NCBI GenBank assembly: GCA_963849325.1
Contig: CAWKHF010000009.1
Coordinates: 224,001 to 288,000, forward strand
From: an uncultured Planctomycetota bacterium
GTDB lineage: Bacteria > Planctomycetota > Planctomycetia > Gemmatales > Gemmataceae
Reading direction: 5' to 3'
DNA length: 64,000 nt
Translations under genes and position numbers: made by a program
Part shown: positions 25,308-37,345 of the stretch, piece after piece
Layout of the letters: each line of letters starts with the position of its first letter
Numbering within the stretch: position 1 is the first letter of the stretch
The notes under the pieces: model-generated
What the model was told of the DNA's origin: nothing
Databases searched by the model: none
What the model saw: only the letters and a program-made list of their open reading frames with translations

Positions 25308-25727
25308 TTACGTCGCCGGCTGCTCGGCGGTCTTGGCAGCCTTTGCGGCCTTCTTGCTCGCGGCGCCTTCGCCGGGCTTGGCCTTGCGCTCGCGCAGGCG
25401 CGTCGCCTTGCCGACGCGATCGCGCAGGTAGTACAACTTGGCCCGGCGGACCTTGCCGGTGCGCTTGACCTCGATCTTGGCGATCTTCGGCGAGTGCAGC
25501 GGGAACTGGCGCTCGACGCCCTCGCCCTGCACGATGCGGCGGACCGTGAACATGGCGCGCATGCCCTCGCCGCGTCGAGCGATGACCACGCCATTGAAGA
25601 TCTGCACACGCTCCTTCTGTCCTTCCAGGATGCGCTGGTGGACATCGACGGTGTCGCCGATCTCGAACTGAGGAACCTCTTTTTTAAGCGAGGCTTCCTC
25701 CGCCAGGGCGATCAGTCGGTTCTTCAT
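25308..25727 (-). CDS. rplS: 50S ribosomal protein L19
   Basis: [34 protein letters not shown]. Confidence 0.98.
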   Translation of the reverse strand: MKNRLIALAEEASLKKEVPQFEIGDTVDVHQRILEGQKERVQIFNGVVIARRGEGMRAMFTVRRIVQGEGVERQFPLHSPKIAKIEVKRTGKVRRAKLYYLRDRVGKATRLRERKAKPGEGAASKKAAKAAKTAEQPAT

Positions 25728-26434
25728 GATCCTCACCTTCTTTCATCGTGGATGGTTGATTGCTCGTCTCGGTCGGCCGTCGGCTGCGGGCCAGCGATTG
25801 CTCGCGGCGCCAGCGGGCGACGGCCCCATGATCGCCGCTGAGCAGTACCTCGGGCACCGCCATGCCGCGAAAATCGCGGGGCCGCGTGTACTGCGGATAC
25901 TCCAGCCGGCCCGGATCGTTGTGCGACTCTTCCGCCAGGCTGTCCGGATCGCCGAGCACGCCTGGCACGTAGCGCACCACGGTGTCGATCACCACCATGG
26001 CCGGCACCTCGCCGCCGTTGCAGACAAAGTCGCCGATCGACACTTCCCGCGGCCGCAGTCCCAGGCGGATGCGCTCGTCAAAGCCCTCGTATCGGCCACA
26101 CAAGAGCAGCAGCCGCCGTTGCTGCGACAACTCGCGCACCAGGGATTGCGTCAGCCGTTCGCCGGTCGGCGTCAGCATCACCAGCAGGCCTGGCTCGTCG
26201 GCCTTGTCGCGGACGGACTCGACGGCGGCGAAGATCGGTTCCGGCAGGAGGACCATGCCGGGACCGCCGCCGAAGGGGCGGTCGTCCACGCTCTTGTGCT
26301 TGCCCTGCGCCCAGTCGCGGATGTTCCACAGGTGGACCTCGACCAGTCCCGTTCTGAAGCGCCAGCTTGAGCAGGCTCTGCGTCAGATAGCCCTGGAAGA
26401 TCTCCGGAAACAGGGTCAGCACGTCGAAGCGCAT
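25684..26434 (-). CDS. trmD: tRNA (m1G37) methyltransferase (frameshift ~26350)
   Basis: [41 protein letters not shown]. Confidence 0.96.
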
Positions 26435-26439
26435 GTCGC

Positions 26440-26743
26440 TCAGGCGGTCGGCGCGGGCGGCATCTCGCTGGGGACGGCGGCCTGCGTCTGCTGCTGCCTT
26501 CTTGCGGTATTTCTTGATGAGGACGGCCACGTTCTCCGACGGCAGGGCGCCGACGCCCGTCCAGTAATCGACGCGATCGAGCTTCAGCTTCACCCGCTCG
26601 TTGGTGTCGCGCACCATCGGATCGTAGGAGCCGAGTTCCTCGATGATCCGGCCGTCGCGCGGCTGGCGCGAATCGATGGCGACGATGCGAAAATAGGGAC
26701 GATGCTTGCGCCCAATCATCTTCATGCGAATACGAACAGCCAC
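26440..26743 (-). CDS. rpsP: 30S ribosomal protein S16 (frameshift near C-terminus)
   Basis: MAVRIRMKMIGRKHRPYFRIVAIDSRQPRDGRIIEELGSYDP. Confidence 0.96.
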
Positions 26744-26758
26744 AGTTCCACCCTTTCC

Positions 26759-26843
26759 AGGGGTCAGGGGTCAGGGGTCAGAGGTCAGTAAGTAAACACA
26801 CGACGTGTTTGTTCGCTGACCCCTGACCCCTGACCCCTGACCC

Positions 26844-26845
<2 letters not shown>
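26759..26845. repeat. Inverted array of 7-bp units (AGGGGTC)
   Basis: About 4 x AGGGGTC, then an inner hairpin AAACAC..GTGTTT, then about 4 x GACCCCT, lying between ffh and rpsP. Confidence 0.9.
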
Positions 26846-28295
<1,450 letters not shown>

Positions 28296-28381
28296 AACTT
28301 CACCCCTCCCCTCCTCGTGCCGGAGGGGAGCCACGGAGCCGTCCGAGCGCGGACGCACTCCGAAAACACGGCAAACCACCA

Positions 28382-28410
28382 ATTATAAGAAAAGACGCCG
28401 TTTGTTGCAA
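28382..28410 (-). promoter_or_regulatory. sigma-70 promoter of the ffh-rpsP-trmD-rplS operon
   Basis: TTGCAA-17 bp-TATAAT on the minus strand. Confidence 0.75.
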
Positions 28411-28503
28411 CGCCGGCGCTGGCACGGGTTATTTGTTGACCCCGGGCGGGGGGGATGGTTGAATGGGAGGCTGGGAAGTCCGTCCATCCCTCGAACACCC
28501 TCG

Positions 28504-28947
28504 ATGACCATGAGCGAAATCAGCCGCGAACAGTTGCACGCCTACCTCGATGACGCCCTCAGCGACGCCGAGACGGCCAAGGTCGAACAAGCCCTGCGCG
28601 ACTCCGAACCGCTGCGACGCTCGCTGCGCCAGGCCATGCAGGAGCGCGACCGCGGCGAACACTCGCTCGGCGCCATTTGGCGCCGCGAACGCCTCACTTG
28701 CCCGACGCGGGAACAGCTCGGCAGTTATCTGCTGCAAGTGCTCGACGAGGGTGAACAGGATTATCTCGACTTCCATCTCCGCGTGATCGGCTGTGCCTAC
28801 TGCGTGGCCAACCTTGCCGACTTGCAGGCTCTGCAACAGGAACCGGCCCCGCATGCCCGCGAACGCCGCCGACGTTTCTTCCAGTCCAGCGCCGGCTACC
28901 TGCAAGTCTGCCGCGAGACCAAGAACGAGACAACGCGCCGCAGTTGA
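28504..28947 (+). CDS. Hypothetical protein with two anti-sigma zf-HC2-like repeats
   Basis: REQLHAYLDDAL and CPTREQLGSYL...HLRVIGCAYC. Confidence 0.7.
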   Translation: MTMSEISREQLHAYLDDALSDAETAKVEQALRDSEPLRRSLRQAMQERDRGEHSLGAIWRRERLTCPTREQLGSYLLQVLDEGEQDYLDFHLRVIGCAYCVANLADLQALQQEPAPHARERRRRFFQSSAGYLQVCRETKNETTRRS

Positions 28948-28958
28948 AGGGAACCGCC

Positions 28959-30303
28959 ATGCGCTCCGCGCTCTCCGGATGGATGCTCGCCTCTTTCACG
29001 CTGGCGACCGTCCTCGCTGGGCCGCTCGTCGCCGCCGAGCCAGCGCCGCCGAACATCGTCTTGATTATCTCCGACGACCAGGGCTGGCGCGATTACTCCT
29101 TCATGGGACATCCGCAGGTCCACACGCCGAACCTGGATCGGCTGGCATCGCAGAGCTTGACGTTCCCGCGCGGCTACGTGCCCTGCTCGCTGTGCTGTCC
29201 CAGCCTGGCCTCGCTCATCACCGGCCGTTATCCGCACCAGCACAAGATCACCAGCAATGACCCGCCCCTGCCGCCCGGACTTTCGGGGGCCGCCATCAAC
29301 AAGGACGCCGGCTACCGGGCACAGCGGCGCGAGATGATCGGCTTCATCGACAAGGTTTCGACCCTGCCGCGCCTACTGGGGCGGAAGGATTACGTCAGTT
29401 TTCAAACGGGCAAATGGTGGCAGGGACATTTTCGCCACGGCGGTTTCACCGACGGCATGAGCCAGGGCGACCCCGACCGGGGCGGACGTCACGGCGACGA
29501 GGGACTTCGGATCGGCCGGCAAACCATGCAGCCGATCTTCGACTTCATCGACCGAGCCGAGCGCGATCGCAAGCCGTTCTTCGTCTGGTACGCGCCGATG
29601 ATGCCGCACCAGCCGCACAACCCGCCGGAGCGCTTCCTCGCCCACTACCGCGACAAGGCGCCCACGCTGCCGGTGGCGAAATACTGGGCCATGTGCGAGT
29701 GGTTCGACGAGACGTGCGGCCAGCTGCTCGATCATCTCGACCGCAAGAAGGTGGCCGAGCGACACCGTCGTCGTCTACGTCACCGATAACGGCTGGATTC
29801 AGGATCCGAAGGCGAATCGTTACGCGGCGAAGTCGAAGCAATCGCCCTATGACGGCGGTCTGCGCACCCCGATCCTGGTGCGCTGGCCGGGCCGCGTCAA
29901 GCCGCGCAAGTGCGAGGAGCTGGCCAGCTCACTCGACATCGCGCCGACGCTGCTGGCCGCAGCGGAGCTGAAGCCGGATGAGGACATGCCGGGGTTGAAC
30001 TTGCTCGAGGAGGATGCAATCAAGGCCCGTAAGGCGATCTTCGGCGAGTGCTTCACGCACAACGCGGTGGACATCCACGATCCCGCCAGCAGCCTGCGCT
30101 ATCGCTGGATGATCGAGGGTTCGTGGAAGCTGATCGTGCCGGCGGCTCGGAACGAGGCGACGGGAAAGCCGGAGTTGTACGACTTAGCCCGCGACCCTGA
30201 CGAGACAAACAACCGCGCCGCCGACGAGAAAGCGATGGTCGCTCGGCTCAAGGCACGGCTGGACGCCTGGTGGCCCGGCCGGCCGGCGCGGGCCGCACCC
30301 TGA
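28959..30303 (+). CDS. Exported S1-family sulfatase (frameshift ~29760)
   Basis: PNIVLIISDDQG, TPNLDRLA, LCCPSLASLITG, GKWW, PHQPH, TDNG, ELYDL. Confidence 0.92.
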
Positions 30304-30307
30304 GCGA

Positions 30308-30517
30308 TTAGCTGATGGGTTCTTCTTCGATTTCCCCATCCGCAGTCAACACGAGTTGTCGGATCACTCTCCCATTATGCTCAATCGAAACCGGGTCACC
30401 GGCTTGGCTCTCTTTCACCAAGTCCCGCGCGATCCGGAGCGCCTCATCGAGACTATCCGTCTCATCGAAACGGTCTTCTGTCGTCTCGCTGATGATGTAG
30501 TATGTGCCTTGAGGCAT
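30308..30517 (-). CDS. Small acidic hypothetical protein
   Basis: 69-aa ORF with a good GGAGG RBS. Confidence 0.55.
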   Translation of the reverse strand: MPQGTYYIISETTEDRFDETDSLDEALRIARDLVKESQAGDPVSIEHNGRVIRQLVLTADGEIEEEPIS

Positions 30518-30587
30518 GTTACCCTCCTACACCCGGTCGATATAGACCCAGAGATGGTTCAGCGCCGCCTGCGGTCGGCCGGTAACG

Positions 30588-31433
30588 CTACCTCGGCGAG
30601 GCTGTAACTACACACTCCGGGGTCGCCGGCTCGGTCTGTAGAACCTCCGCCCTGTGGTAGGCGAGGTACTCCATTTTGATCGGCCATTTGACCGGAAGGC
30701 GGGCCTGCTGGCCAGCTAGTTGCTTGAGGATCGTGCGGAGTGGAGCACTGCATCGATCGGCCGAGGGGGAGACAACAATCTGCAGCTTATCATCGAACGA
30801 GATGAAACCTTTGTCGAACAGGCGGTCGTAAGGACAGTACAGGAGAATCCCGTTCGACGGGTCAAGCCGCGTGTCGATGCGCTTGGCCCAGGGGACAATG
30901 TGGCCGGCAACTAGCAGCTCCTCCTCACTGATTCCTGAGAGGCAGCACCGCCCCTCGAAGTTCTGCATGACCCTCTTGCGGAACAACGACTGCTTTTGCC
31001 GTTGCTCTATCTCAATTCTGCGATTTTCGATGGCGTAGTCGTTTGTATCGGCTACGGAGGTTGGCTCGACCTCGCCAGGATTTGTCAGGATTGCAACATT
31101 TCCGTAGAAAGCTCCAACATCGATCAGAGGAGCTATCCTAAGCTTAAGTTGGTGATGCAGGATGTACGCAACCCGGCGCACCCGGCCGGTCTTGTCCCCG
31201 CTCCGATACTCATCCACAAGTGCAGATTTCAACACCCTATACGGAATTGCGTAGAAGTCGCCATGAGCATCGGAATTGCCGACAATTACGATGTTGAAGG
31301 CTTCTCCACAGCGGCCGAGGTATTCCTTTAATCGCCCGCCGGAAATGTTGGCCCAGTAGGCGCGGGCACGTTCAGGGTGGAGAATGTAATTACTGTCCGA
31401 CAATTCTTCTTTGTGCTGGACGACGATATTCAT
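30588..31433 (-). CDS. HNH endonuclease (HNH_2, restriction type)
   Basis: RQKQSLFRKRVM, CCLSGI, LVAGHIVPW, NGILL, DRLFDKGFISFD, YLAYHR. DNA is visibly AT-richer than its flanks. Confidence 0.88.
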   Translation of the reverse strand: MNIVVQHKEELSDSNYILHPERARAYWANISGGRLKEYLGRCGEAFNIVIVGNSDAHGDFYAIPYRVLKSALVDEYRSGDKTGRVRRVAYILHHQLKLRIAPLIDVGAFYGNVAILTNPGEVEPTSVADTNDYAIENRRIEIEQRQKQSLFRKRVMQNFEGRCCLSGISEEELLVAGHIVPWAKRIDTRLDPSNGILLYCPYDRLFDKGFISFDDKLQIVVSPSADRCSAPLRTILKQLAGQQARLPVKWPIKMEYLAYHRAEVLQTEPATPECVVTASPR

Positions 31434-31484
31434 AACTGACCTCGATCCCGAGGCTTGACGTGTCCAGTGTGGCCGAACGAAGAA

Positions 31485-31553
31485 CGGTCTATCCGCCGTG
31501 CCGTCCAGCCGAAAACCTTCTCCGCACCCTGAAAAGGCACGGCGGATAGACCG
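31485..31553. repeat. 18-bp perfect inverted repeat upstream of the HNH gene
   Basis: CGGTCTATCCGCCGTGCC (31485-31502) and GGCACGGCGGATAGACCG (31536-31553). Confidence 0.85.
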
Positions 31554-31821
31554 CTGTTGGAGGGAACCGCCGGGACTCCACCCGCACCCGCCTTCTGCCC
31601 TTCGGACTCTCGATTCCCGCCGCCCTCCACATCCCCTGCGATTCTACGACTACCCAACTACAACACGCAAGCAGAGTCATCCCGGCCTTGCCAACCAAGA
31701 GCTAAAGTTAGCGACCACTAACAAAGCTGAACGGACAAACTCTTTTGAAAACATTCTCGCCATATCAGCGAAAATCCGTCACGGCCAGTCGCTGGCACTC
31801 CGGGCTGGTGGGGAATTACCC

Positions 31822-32571
31822 TCACGGCCGATTCGGGGCGGCTTCTTTTCCGCGTTCCTCCATCTGTTGCAACAGTTCGTCCGCCAATTTCAGTGCCTGC
31901 CGCAAGCGTGGGATGAAGGCGCGGCGCGGCGGCATAGTTGGCGTCGCCGCAGCGGCGGCCTGCCCCACCTGGATCGACACCGCCGACAGACGGCCCTTGA
32001 CAAACGCGGTCTTGATCGTCACCGTCTCACCTTCGCGCAGGTCATCGAACGAAATCTTCTTGCCGTCGCGGAGGATCGACGCCTCGTCGGGCACAACGAT
32101 GGTGGTTTCCGTTTGCGGTCCCTTGTCGCCAGGTCCGACCACAACCACTTCGCGGTCGGTCAGCGCCACGCGCTGGAGCGTGCCGGTCACGCCTTCGCCC
32201 ACCTTGCGCGGCGTGGGCAGATCCGCCTTGGGCTGCGGCCGAGCCGGCGGCTGAGGTTGGGCCAAACCCAGGCCAAAGGTACGAATCACCTGCGCCACTG
32301 CCTTGCCGTCGCGCTTCTCGAAGACGACGCGGATGCGCCGGCCGGGTGCCAGGTCGTTCAACGTCGCCGTCTGTCCACCGACGAGAACTTGTGTCTTCGG
32401 CCCGACCTGGAGGTCCAGTACGCTGCCGCGCCGCGGGCCGCGCGTTTCCAGCGATAGCTCTTTTTTGTCCGGGTCGATGCGGACAATGCGGCCGCGCGCC
32501 TCGTCCGCGATGGCTGCGGCGGTAAAGACCAGTCCCGTCGCCAAACCGAGGGAAATACGGAGTGCGGTCAT
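31822..32571 (-). CDS. Exported protein with two small beta-barrel (DUF5666-like) repeats
   Basis: Signal peptide; repeated G..ATLNDLAPG / GKKISFDDLREG. Confidence 0.7.
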   Translation of the reverse strand: MTALRISLGLATGLVFTAAAIADEARGRIVRIDPDKKELSLETRGPRRGSVLDLQVGPKTQVLVGGQTATLNDLAPGRRIRVVFEKRDGKAVAQVIRTFGLGLAQPQPPARPQPKADLPTPRKVGEGVTGTLQRVALTDREVVVVGPGDKGPQTETTIVVPDEASILRDGKKISFDDLREGETVTIKTAFVKGRLSAVSIQVGQAAAAATPTMPPRRAFIPRLRQALKLADELLQQMEERGKEAAPNRP

Positions 32572-32688
32572 AGCAGGTTCCTCGTTCCCTGAAGATGCAC
32601 CAAAAGGGATCCCTGACCGCCAGGGACCAATATCGGAGATTATACAGATTCGACCGCAAGTCCGATGCCGTCGAGCCGGCGGCCTTGC

Positions 32689-32717
32689 TTGACGCTCTTA
32701 CCCGACCTACCTAAGAT
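32689..32717 (+). promoter_or_regulatory. sigma-70 promoter of the Fur-family gene, probably leaderless
   Basis: TTGACG-17 bp-TAAGAT, with the ATG 8 nt downstream. Confidence 0.65.
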
Positions 32718-32724
32718 GAACCCC

Positions 32725-33204
32725 ATGAACATGTTTCACCGCGAACCCGCTCCCGGTCCCCTGGAGGATGCGGACCTGCGCCGCGCCCTCGAACAGGCTG
32801 GCTGGCGCTGCACGCGCCAGCGGGCGGCGGTGTTCGCCTACCTGCACGCCGCATCGGGCCACCCCACGGCCGAGCAGGTCTTCGCCGCCGTCCGTCGCCA
32901 TCTGCCCCACATCAGCCTGGCCACGGTGTACAAGGCACTCGAAGCGCTGGTTGATGCCCGCCTGGCCAATCGCATCGCCGGGGACAGCGGCCCGACCCGC
33001 TACGACGGTCGCAGTGAACCGCACTATCACCTCCGCGGCCAGCACACCGGACAGGTCATCGACCTACCTTTACCCTACGATCCGAGCTTGCTCGACAAGC
33101 TTGATCCGCAACTGGTCGAGATGCTTCGACAGCAGGGCTTTGAGATCACCGGCCATCGTCTGGAGTTGGTCGGCCGCTTCGTCTGCCCCGATAAAATGAA
33201 CTGA
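32725..33204 (+). CDS. Fur/PerR family regulator
   Basis: TRQRAAV, HPTAEQV, ISLATVYKALEAL, RYD...HYH. Confidence 0.92.
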   Translation: MNMFHREPAPGPLEDADLRRALEQAGWRCTRQRAAVFAYLHAASGHPTAEQVFAAVRRHLPHISLATVYKALEALVDARLANRIAGDSGPTRYDGRSEPHYHLRGQHTGQVIDLPLPYDPSLLDKLDPQLVEMLRQQGFEITGHRLELVGRFVCPDKMN

Positions 33205-33241
33205 GCCGCAAGTGGCTTGACCCCTTGCGGCCCCAAGAAAG

Positions 33242-33313
33242 TTGCGGCGAGTGGACTCGAACCACTGACCTCCAGGTTATGAGCCTGGCGAGCTACCACT
33301 GCTCCACGCCGCG
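33242..33313 (-). tRNA. tRNA-Met(CAT), initiator type
   Basis: CGCGGCGTGGAGCAGTGGTAGCTCGCCAGGCTCATAACCTGGAGGTCAGTGGTTCGAGTCCACTCGCCGCAA; C1xA72 mismatch; CCA not encoded. Confidence 0.95.
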
Positions 33314-33487
33314 CCTTGTGAGAGCCGCTTCGCGATGTTGAGGATTGGTCAGCAGGGAGAAGCGGCTCTTCACTTTTATTGTACCGAGTTCGTCAAGGGG
33401 TTGTCTCGCCGGAAAATCTGCCCTTGCGGCGGAGGGCGGCCGTGAGAAAATGGCCGGTTGACTCCGCGAACCTCGAGACGCCGGAAC

Positions 33488-34648
33488 ATGACGAACCCAC
33501 CCCCCGCCCCGCGCGAGTGGATGCCGCACATCTGGGAGGGTTGCGATTTCTTCGCCTGGCTGCGCTTGATTCTCCGCAACCACCTCGCCATTTCTCCGGC
33601 GCATGCCTACGTCGCCGTCATCGTCACCTTCGTCAGCCTCGGCCATACGCTGCTGCGCTGGGTGCAGGATTCGTGGTACGGCAGCCGGATTGACCGCACG
33701 CCGATCCGCCACGATCCGCTGTTCATCATCGGCCACTGGCGCACCGGCACGACACTGCTGCACGAATTGCTCATCCTCGACGAACGGCACACCTATCCGA
33801 ACACGTACCAGTGCCTGGAGCCGAACCATTTCCTATTAACCGAGAAGTCGTTCAAGCGCTGGTTCCGTTTCCTGCTGCCGTCACATCGACCGATGGACAA
33901 CATGGCGGCCGGCTGGGAGCGGCCGCAGGAGGATGAGTTCGCCCTGTGCATGATGGGTCAGCCGTCGCCCTACTTGACGATCGCCTTTCCCAACCATCCG
34001 CCGCAGGACCGCGAAGCCCTCGACCTCGACGGCCTGCCGCCGCGGTCGCGGCGAGCGTGGAAGACGGCGTTCCTGCGCTTCTTGCGTCATCTCACGGTCA
34101 AGGACGCGCGTCGCCTGGTGCTCAAGTCGCCGACACACACCTGCCGCATTCCCGCGCTGCTCGAACTATTCCCCGATGCTCGCTTCGTCCACATTGTCCG
34201 CGATCCCTACGTCGTCTTTCCCTCGACGATCAATCTGTGGAAGTCGCTCTACCTGACGCATGGCCTGCAACGACCGAACTATGCCGGCCTGGAAGATTAT
34301 GTCTTCGACACTTTTAACCACCTCTACGCTCGCCTCGAACAGAGCAAGCCCCTGCTCGCCCCCAACCGCTTCCATGAATTACGCTACGAGGATCTGCTCG
34401 CCGATCCGATCAGTCAGATGCGGTTGCTGTACGAGCGCCTGGAACTGGGCGGCTTCGACTCCTTCTTGCCGCGTTTGCAGGACTATCTGGACGCCAACGC
34501 CGGCTACAAAACGAACCGCTATCCCGACCTCGATCCGGCGCTGCGCGTGGAGATCACGCGCCGCTGGGGCCACGTCATCCGGCAGTACGGCTATGCGAAA
34601 GAAAATGAACCACAGAAGAGCACAGATGAACACGGATCAATTCAATAA
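33488..34648 (+). CDS. PAPS-dependent sulfotransferase
   Basis: GHWRTGTTLLHELL, PQEDEF, LKSPTH, FVHIVRDP, RYEDL. Confidence 0.9.
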   Translation: MTNPPPAPREWMPHIWEGCDFFAWLRLILRNHLAISPAHAYVAVIVTFVSLGHTLLRWVQDSWYGSRIDRTPIRHDPLFIIGHWRTGTTLLHELLILDERHTYPNTYQCLEPNHFLLTEKSFKRWFRFLLPSHRPMDNMAAGWERPQEDEFALCMMGQPSPYLTIAFPNHPPQDREALDLDGLPPRSRRAWKTAFLRFLRHLTVKDARRLVLKSPTHTCRIPALLELFPDARFVHIVRDPYVVFPSTINLWKSLYLTHGLQRPNYAGLEDYVFDTFNHLYARLEQSKPLLAPNRFHELRYEDLLADPISQMRLLYERLELGGFDSFLPRLQDYLDANAGYKTNRYPDLDPALRVEITRRWGHVIRQYGYAKENEPQKSTDEHGSIQ

Positions 34649-34684
34649 ATGTTTTTATCCGTGTTCATCTGTGCTCTTCTGTGG

Positions 34685-34686
<2 letters not shown>
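34608..34686. repeat. 30-bp perfect inverted repeat of degenerate 9-bp units
   Basis: AACCACAGAAGAGCACAGATGAACACGGAT (34608-34637) and its reverse complement (34657-34686). Confidence 0.9.
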
Positions 34687-35844
<1,158 letters not shown>

Positions 35845-35921
35845 GGCAACCCTCCCTGAAGAATGGGGCGAACCTTCATTATACCAGGCATCTGCTACTT
35901 CGGATCGCGTAGAATGGGAGC

Positions 35922-36359
35922 ATGAACCGAAAACCGCGTACACCGAAGAAGGTTCCCGCTCCGCGATGGTATCGCGGCGCCGACATCCCCATGCGCGTCA
36001 TCCGTCGCTTCGCTCGGGAGGTGGCCGAGCGCTTTCAGCCGGACAGGATTATTCTGTTCGGCTCCTATGCTTACGGTACGCCGCACGAAGACAGCGACGT
36101 GGATATTCTCGTCGTCATGCCGGCTCGTAACCAGCTCGACCAGGCGTTCAAGATCCACTGGGCGATCCGGCCGCCGTTCCCCTTGCACATCCTCGTCCGC
36201 ACGCCGGAAAACATGGCATGGCGTCTCGAAGAAGGCGACTCGTTCCTCCGGGAGATCGTGTCCAAAGGGAAAGTGCTTTATGAAGCCAACCACAAAGGAG
36301 TGGGTGCGAAAAGCCGAATCCGATTGGGTCATCGGCCGGAGCAGAACTCCTCTGCATGA
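35922..36359 (+). CDS. Minimal nucleotidyltransferase (MNT antitoxin)
   Basis: IILFGSYAYG....DSDVDILVV, EIVSKGKVLYE. Confidence 0.88.
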   Translation: MNRKPRTPKKVPAPRWYRGADIPMRVIRRFAREVAERFQPDRIILFGSYAYGTPHEDSDVDILVVMPARNQLDQAFKIHWAIRPPFPLHILVRTPENMAWRLEEGDSFLREIVSKGKVLYEANHKGVGAKSRIRLGHRPEQNSSA

Positions 36360-36405
36360 TGGCATGTGTTTCCACGGTCAGCAGTGCGCCAAGAAATACC
36401 TCAAA
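36280..36405 (+). pseudogene. Truncated HEPN toxin
   Basis: MKPTTKEWVRKAESD...HDGMCFHGQQCAKKYLK is a HEPN N-terminus only; it runs in frame into an unrelated ORF. Confidence 0.7.
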
Positions 36406-36417
36406 CCGAAGGACATC

Positions 36418-36753
36418 ATGGGGAATGGAACCTGGGTCTGTTTTGATTGCCGGGAAGCGATTCGTCGCTCCACGCAGTACGCTGCCGAAGTTCCATGCCC
36501 GGTGTGTAGACGAGCATGCAAATACCTGGGGACGAAGGTTCCGGCGCCTCCGAAGCGAAGTTCCAAGGCGTGGCGACAACTCCAAGAGTGGTTGGGCGAA
36601 CTTTCTCTTGCCGAGCGTGAACGAGCATGGCTTATGAAGGTTCGGCAGCGGCACCGATTGGAGCGGGAGATTGCACATTTGAAAGCTCAGCCGAAAAATG
36701 AGGGACGAGAGAAAAGAATTCGTCTGCTCAAAAAACAGCTGGCCACCCTTTGA
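36418..36753 (+). CDS. Hypothetical basic Zn-ribbon/coiled-coil protein
   Basis: VCFDCR...CPVC...LGTKVPAPPKR..KAW. Confidence 0.6.
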   Translation: MGNGTWVCFDCREAIRRSTQYAAEVPCPVCRRACKYLGTKVPAPPKRSSKAWRQLQEWLGELSLAERERAWLMKVRQRHRLEREIAHLKAQPKNEGREKRIRLLKKQLATL

Positions 36754-36776
36754 TGGTCTCATCTTCGCGCGTCATT

Positions 36777-36807
36777 TTATCCCACGCGGCCACCGCCGTC
36801 CACGATC
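36777..36807 (-). repeat. Duplicate of the SDR gene 3' end (direct repeat with 37346-37376)
   Basis: Both copies encode IVDGGGRVG-stop and differ only at synonymous or stop-codon positions. Confidence 0.85.
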
Positions 36808-36827
36808 CCAACTGGGAGTATTCCATC

Positions 36828-37067
36828 TTGCCGACGGTCCCCGGTATCCCTGGTCAGTACCGCTTTTTCTTTTACAGCTTCGACTGTAACGAACCGTGGC
36901 ACGTCCACGTTCAGCGCGACCGAGCCGTCTGTAAATTCTGGCTCGAACCCGTCGTTTTAGCCTAAAATAATGGCTTCTCGGCGAAGGAATTGAACCGTAT
37001 TCGGAAGATCGTCCTCGACAACTTGGCCCGCATTCGGGAGGCTTGGGATGAACACTGCGGTCAATAA
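36828..37067 (+). pseudogene. DUF4160 toxin-like gene with in-frame TAA at 36963-36965
   Basis: YRFFFYSFDCNEPWHVHV...KFWLEPVVLA*NNGFSAKELNRIRKIV...EAWDEH. Confidence 0.8.
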
Positions 37068-37332
37068 TGAACCGCGCATCGTCGCCCTGGAAGTCACGGA
37101 AGACGCCTTGGTCGCCCAACTCGCCGATGGGCGAACGATCAGCGTGCCGCTCGCCTGGTCGTGGCGGTTGGCGAACGCGACGCCCGCGCAGCGCAGCCAT
37201 TTTGAGATCCTTGGAGTCGGCGAAGGGGTCCATTGGCCCGACCTCGACGAAGACATCAGTGCTCGGGGGATGTTGCAGGGGATGCCGGCGTGCCCGCCCA
37301 AGCCGGCCAAGACGAGACGCCGCCGGGACTAA
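37048..37332 (+). CDS. DUF2442 antitoxin-like protein
   Basis: LADGRTISVPLAW..RLANAT, GVHWPDLDEDIS. Confidence 0.9.
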   Translation: MNTAVNNEPRIVALEVTEDALVAQLADGRTISVPLAWSWRLANATPAQRSHFEILGVGEGVHWPDLDEDISARGMLQGMPACPPKPAKTRRRRD

Positions 37333-37345
37333 CCAATGCCGCGCC

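Noticed and set aside
23459-25645. 728-aa N-terminally extended TyrS
   Set aside because: The extension is an off-frame read through rplS, yraN and the palindrome. The true start is GTG at 24685 with an RBS.
26078-26743. S16-TrmD fusion
   Set aside because: Created by an indel near the S16 C-terminus. A stop at 26440-26442 and the TrmD ATG at 26434 are present.
28418-28438. sigma-54 site TGGCACGGGTTATTTG
   Set aside because: The -12 GC element is missing at the required spacing.
30540-30640. attC-like site after the HNH gene
   Set aside because: No convincing RYYYAAC/GTTRRRY-bounded palindrome and no integron integrase.
31735-31760. Possible IS terminal repeat (TCTTTTGAAAACATTCTC)
   Set aside because: No partner end or transposase remnant found.
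33200-33313. Island integrated at tRNA-Met
   Set aside because: No duplicate of the tRNA 3' end and no integrase seen in the window.
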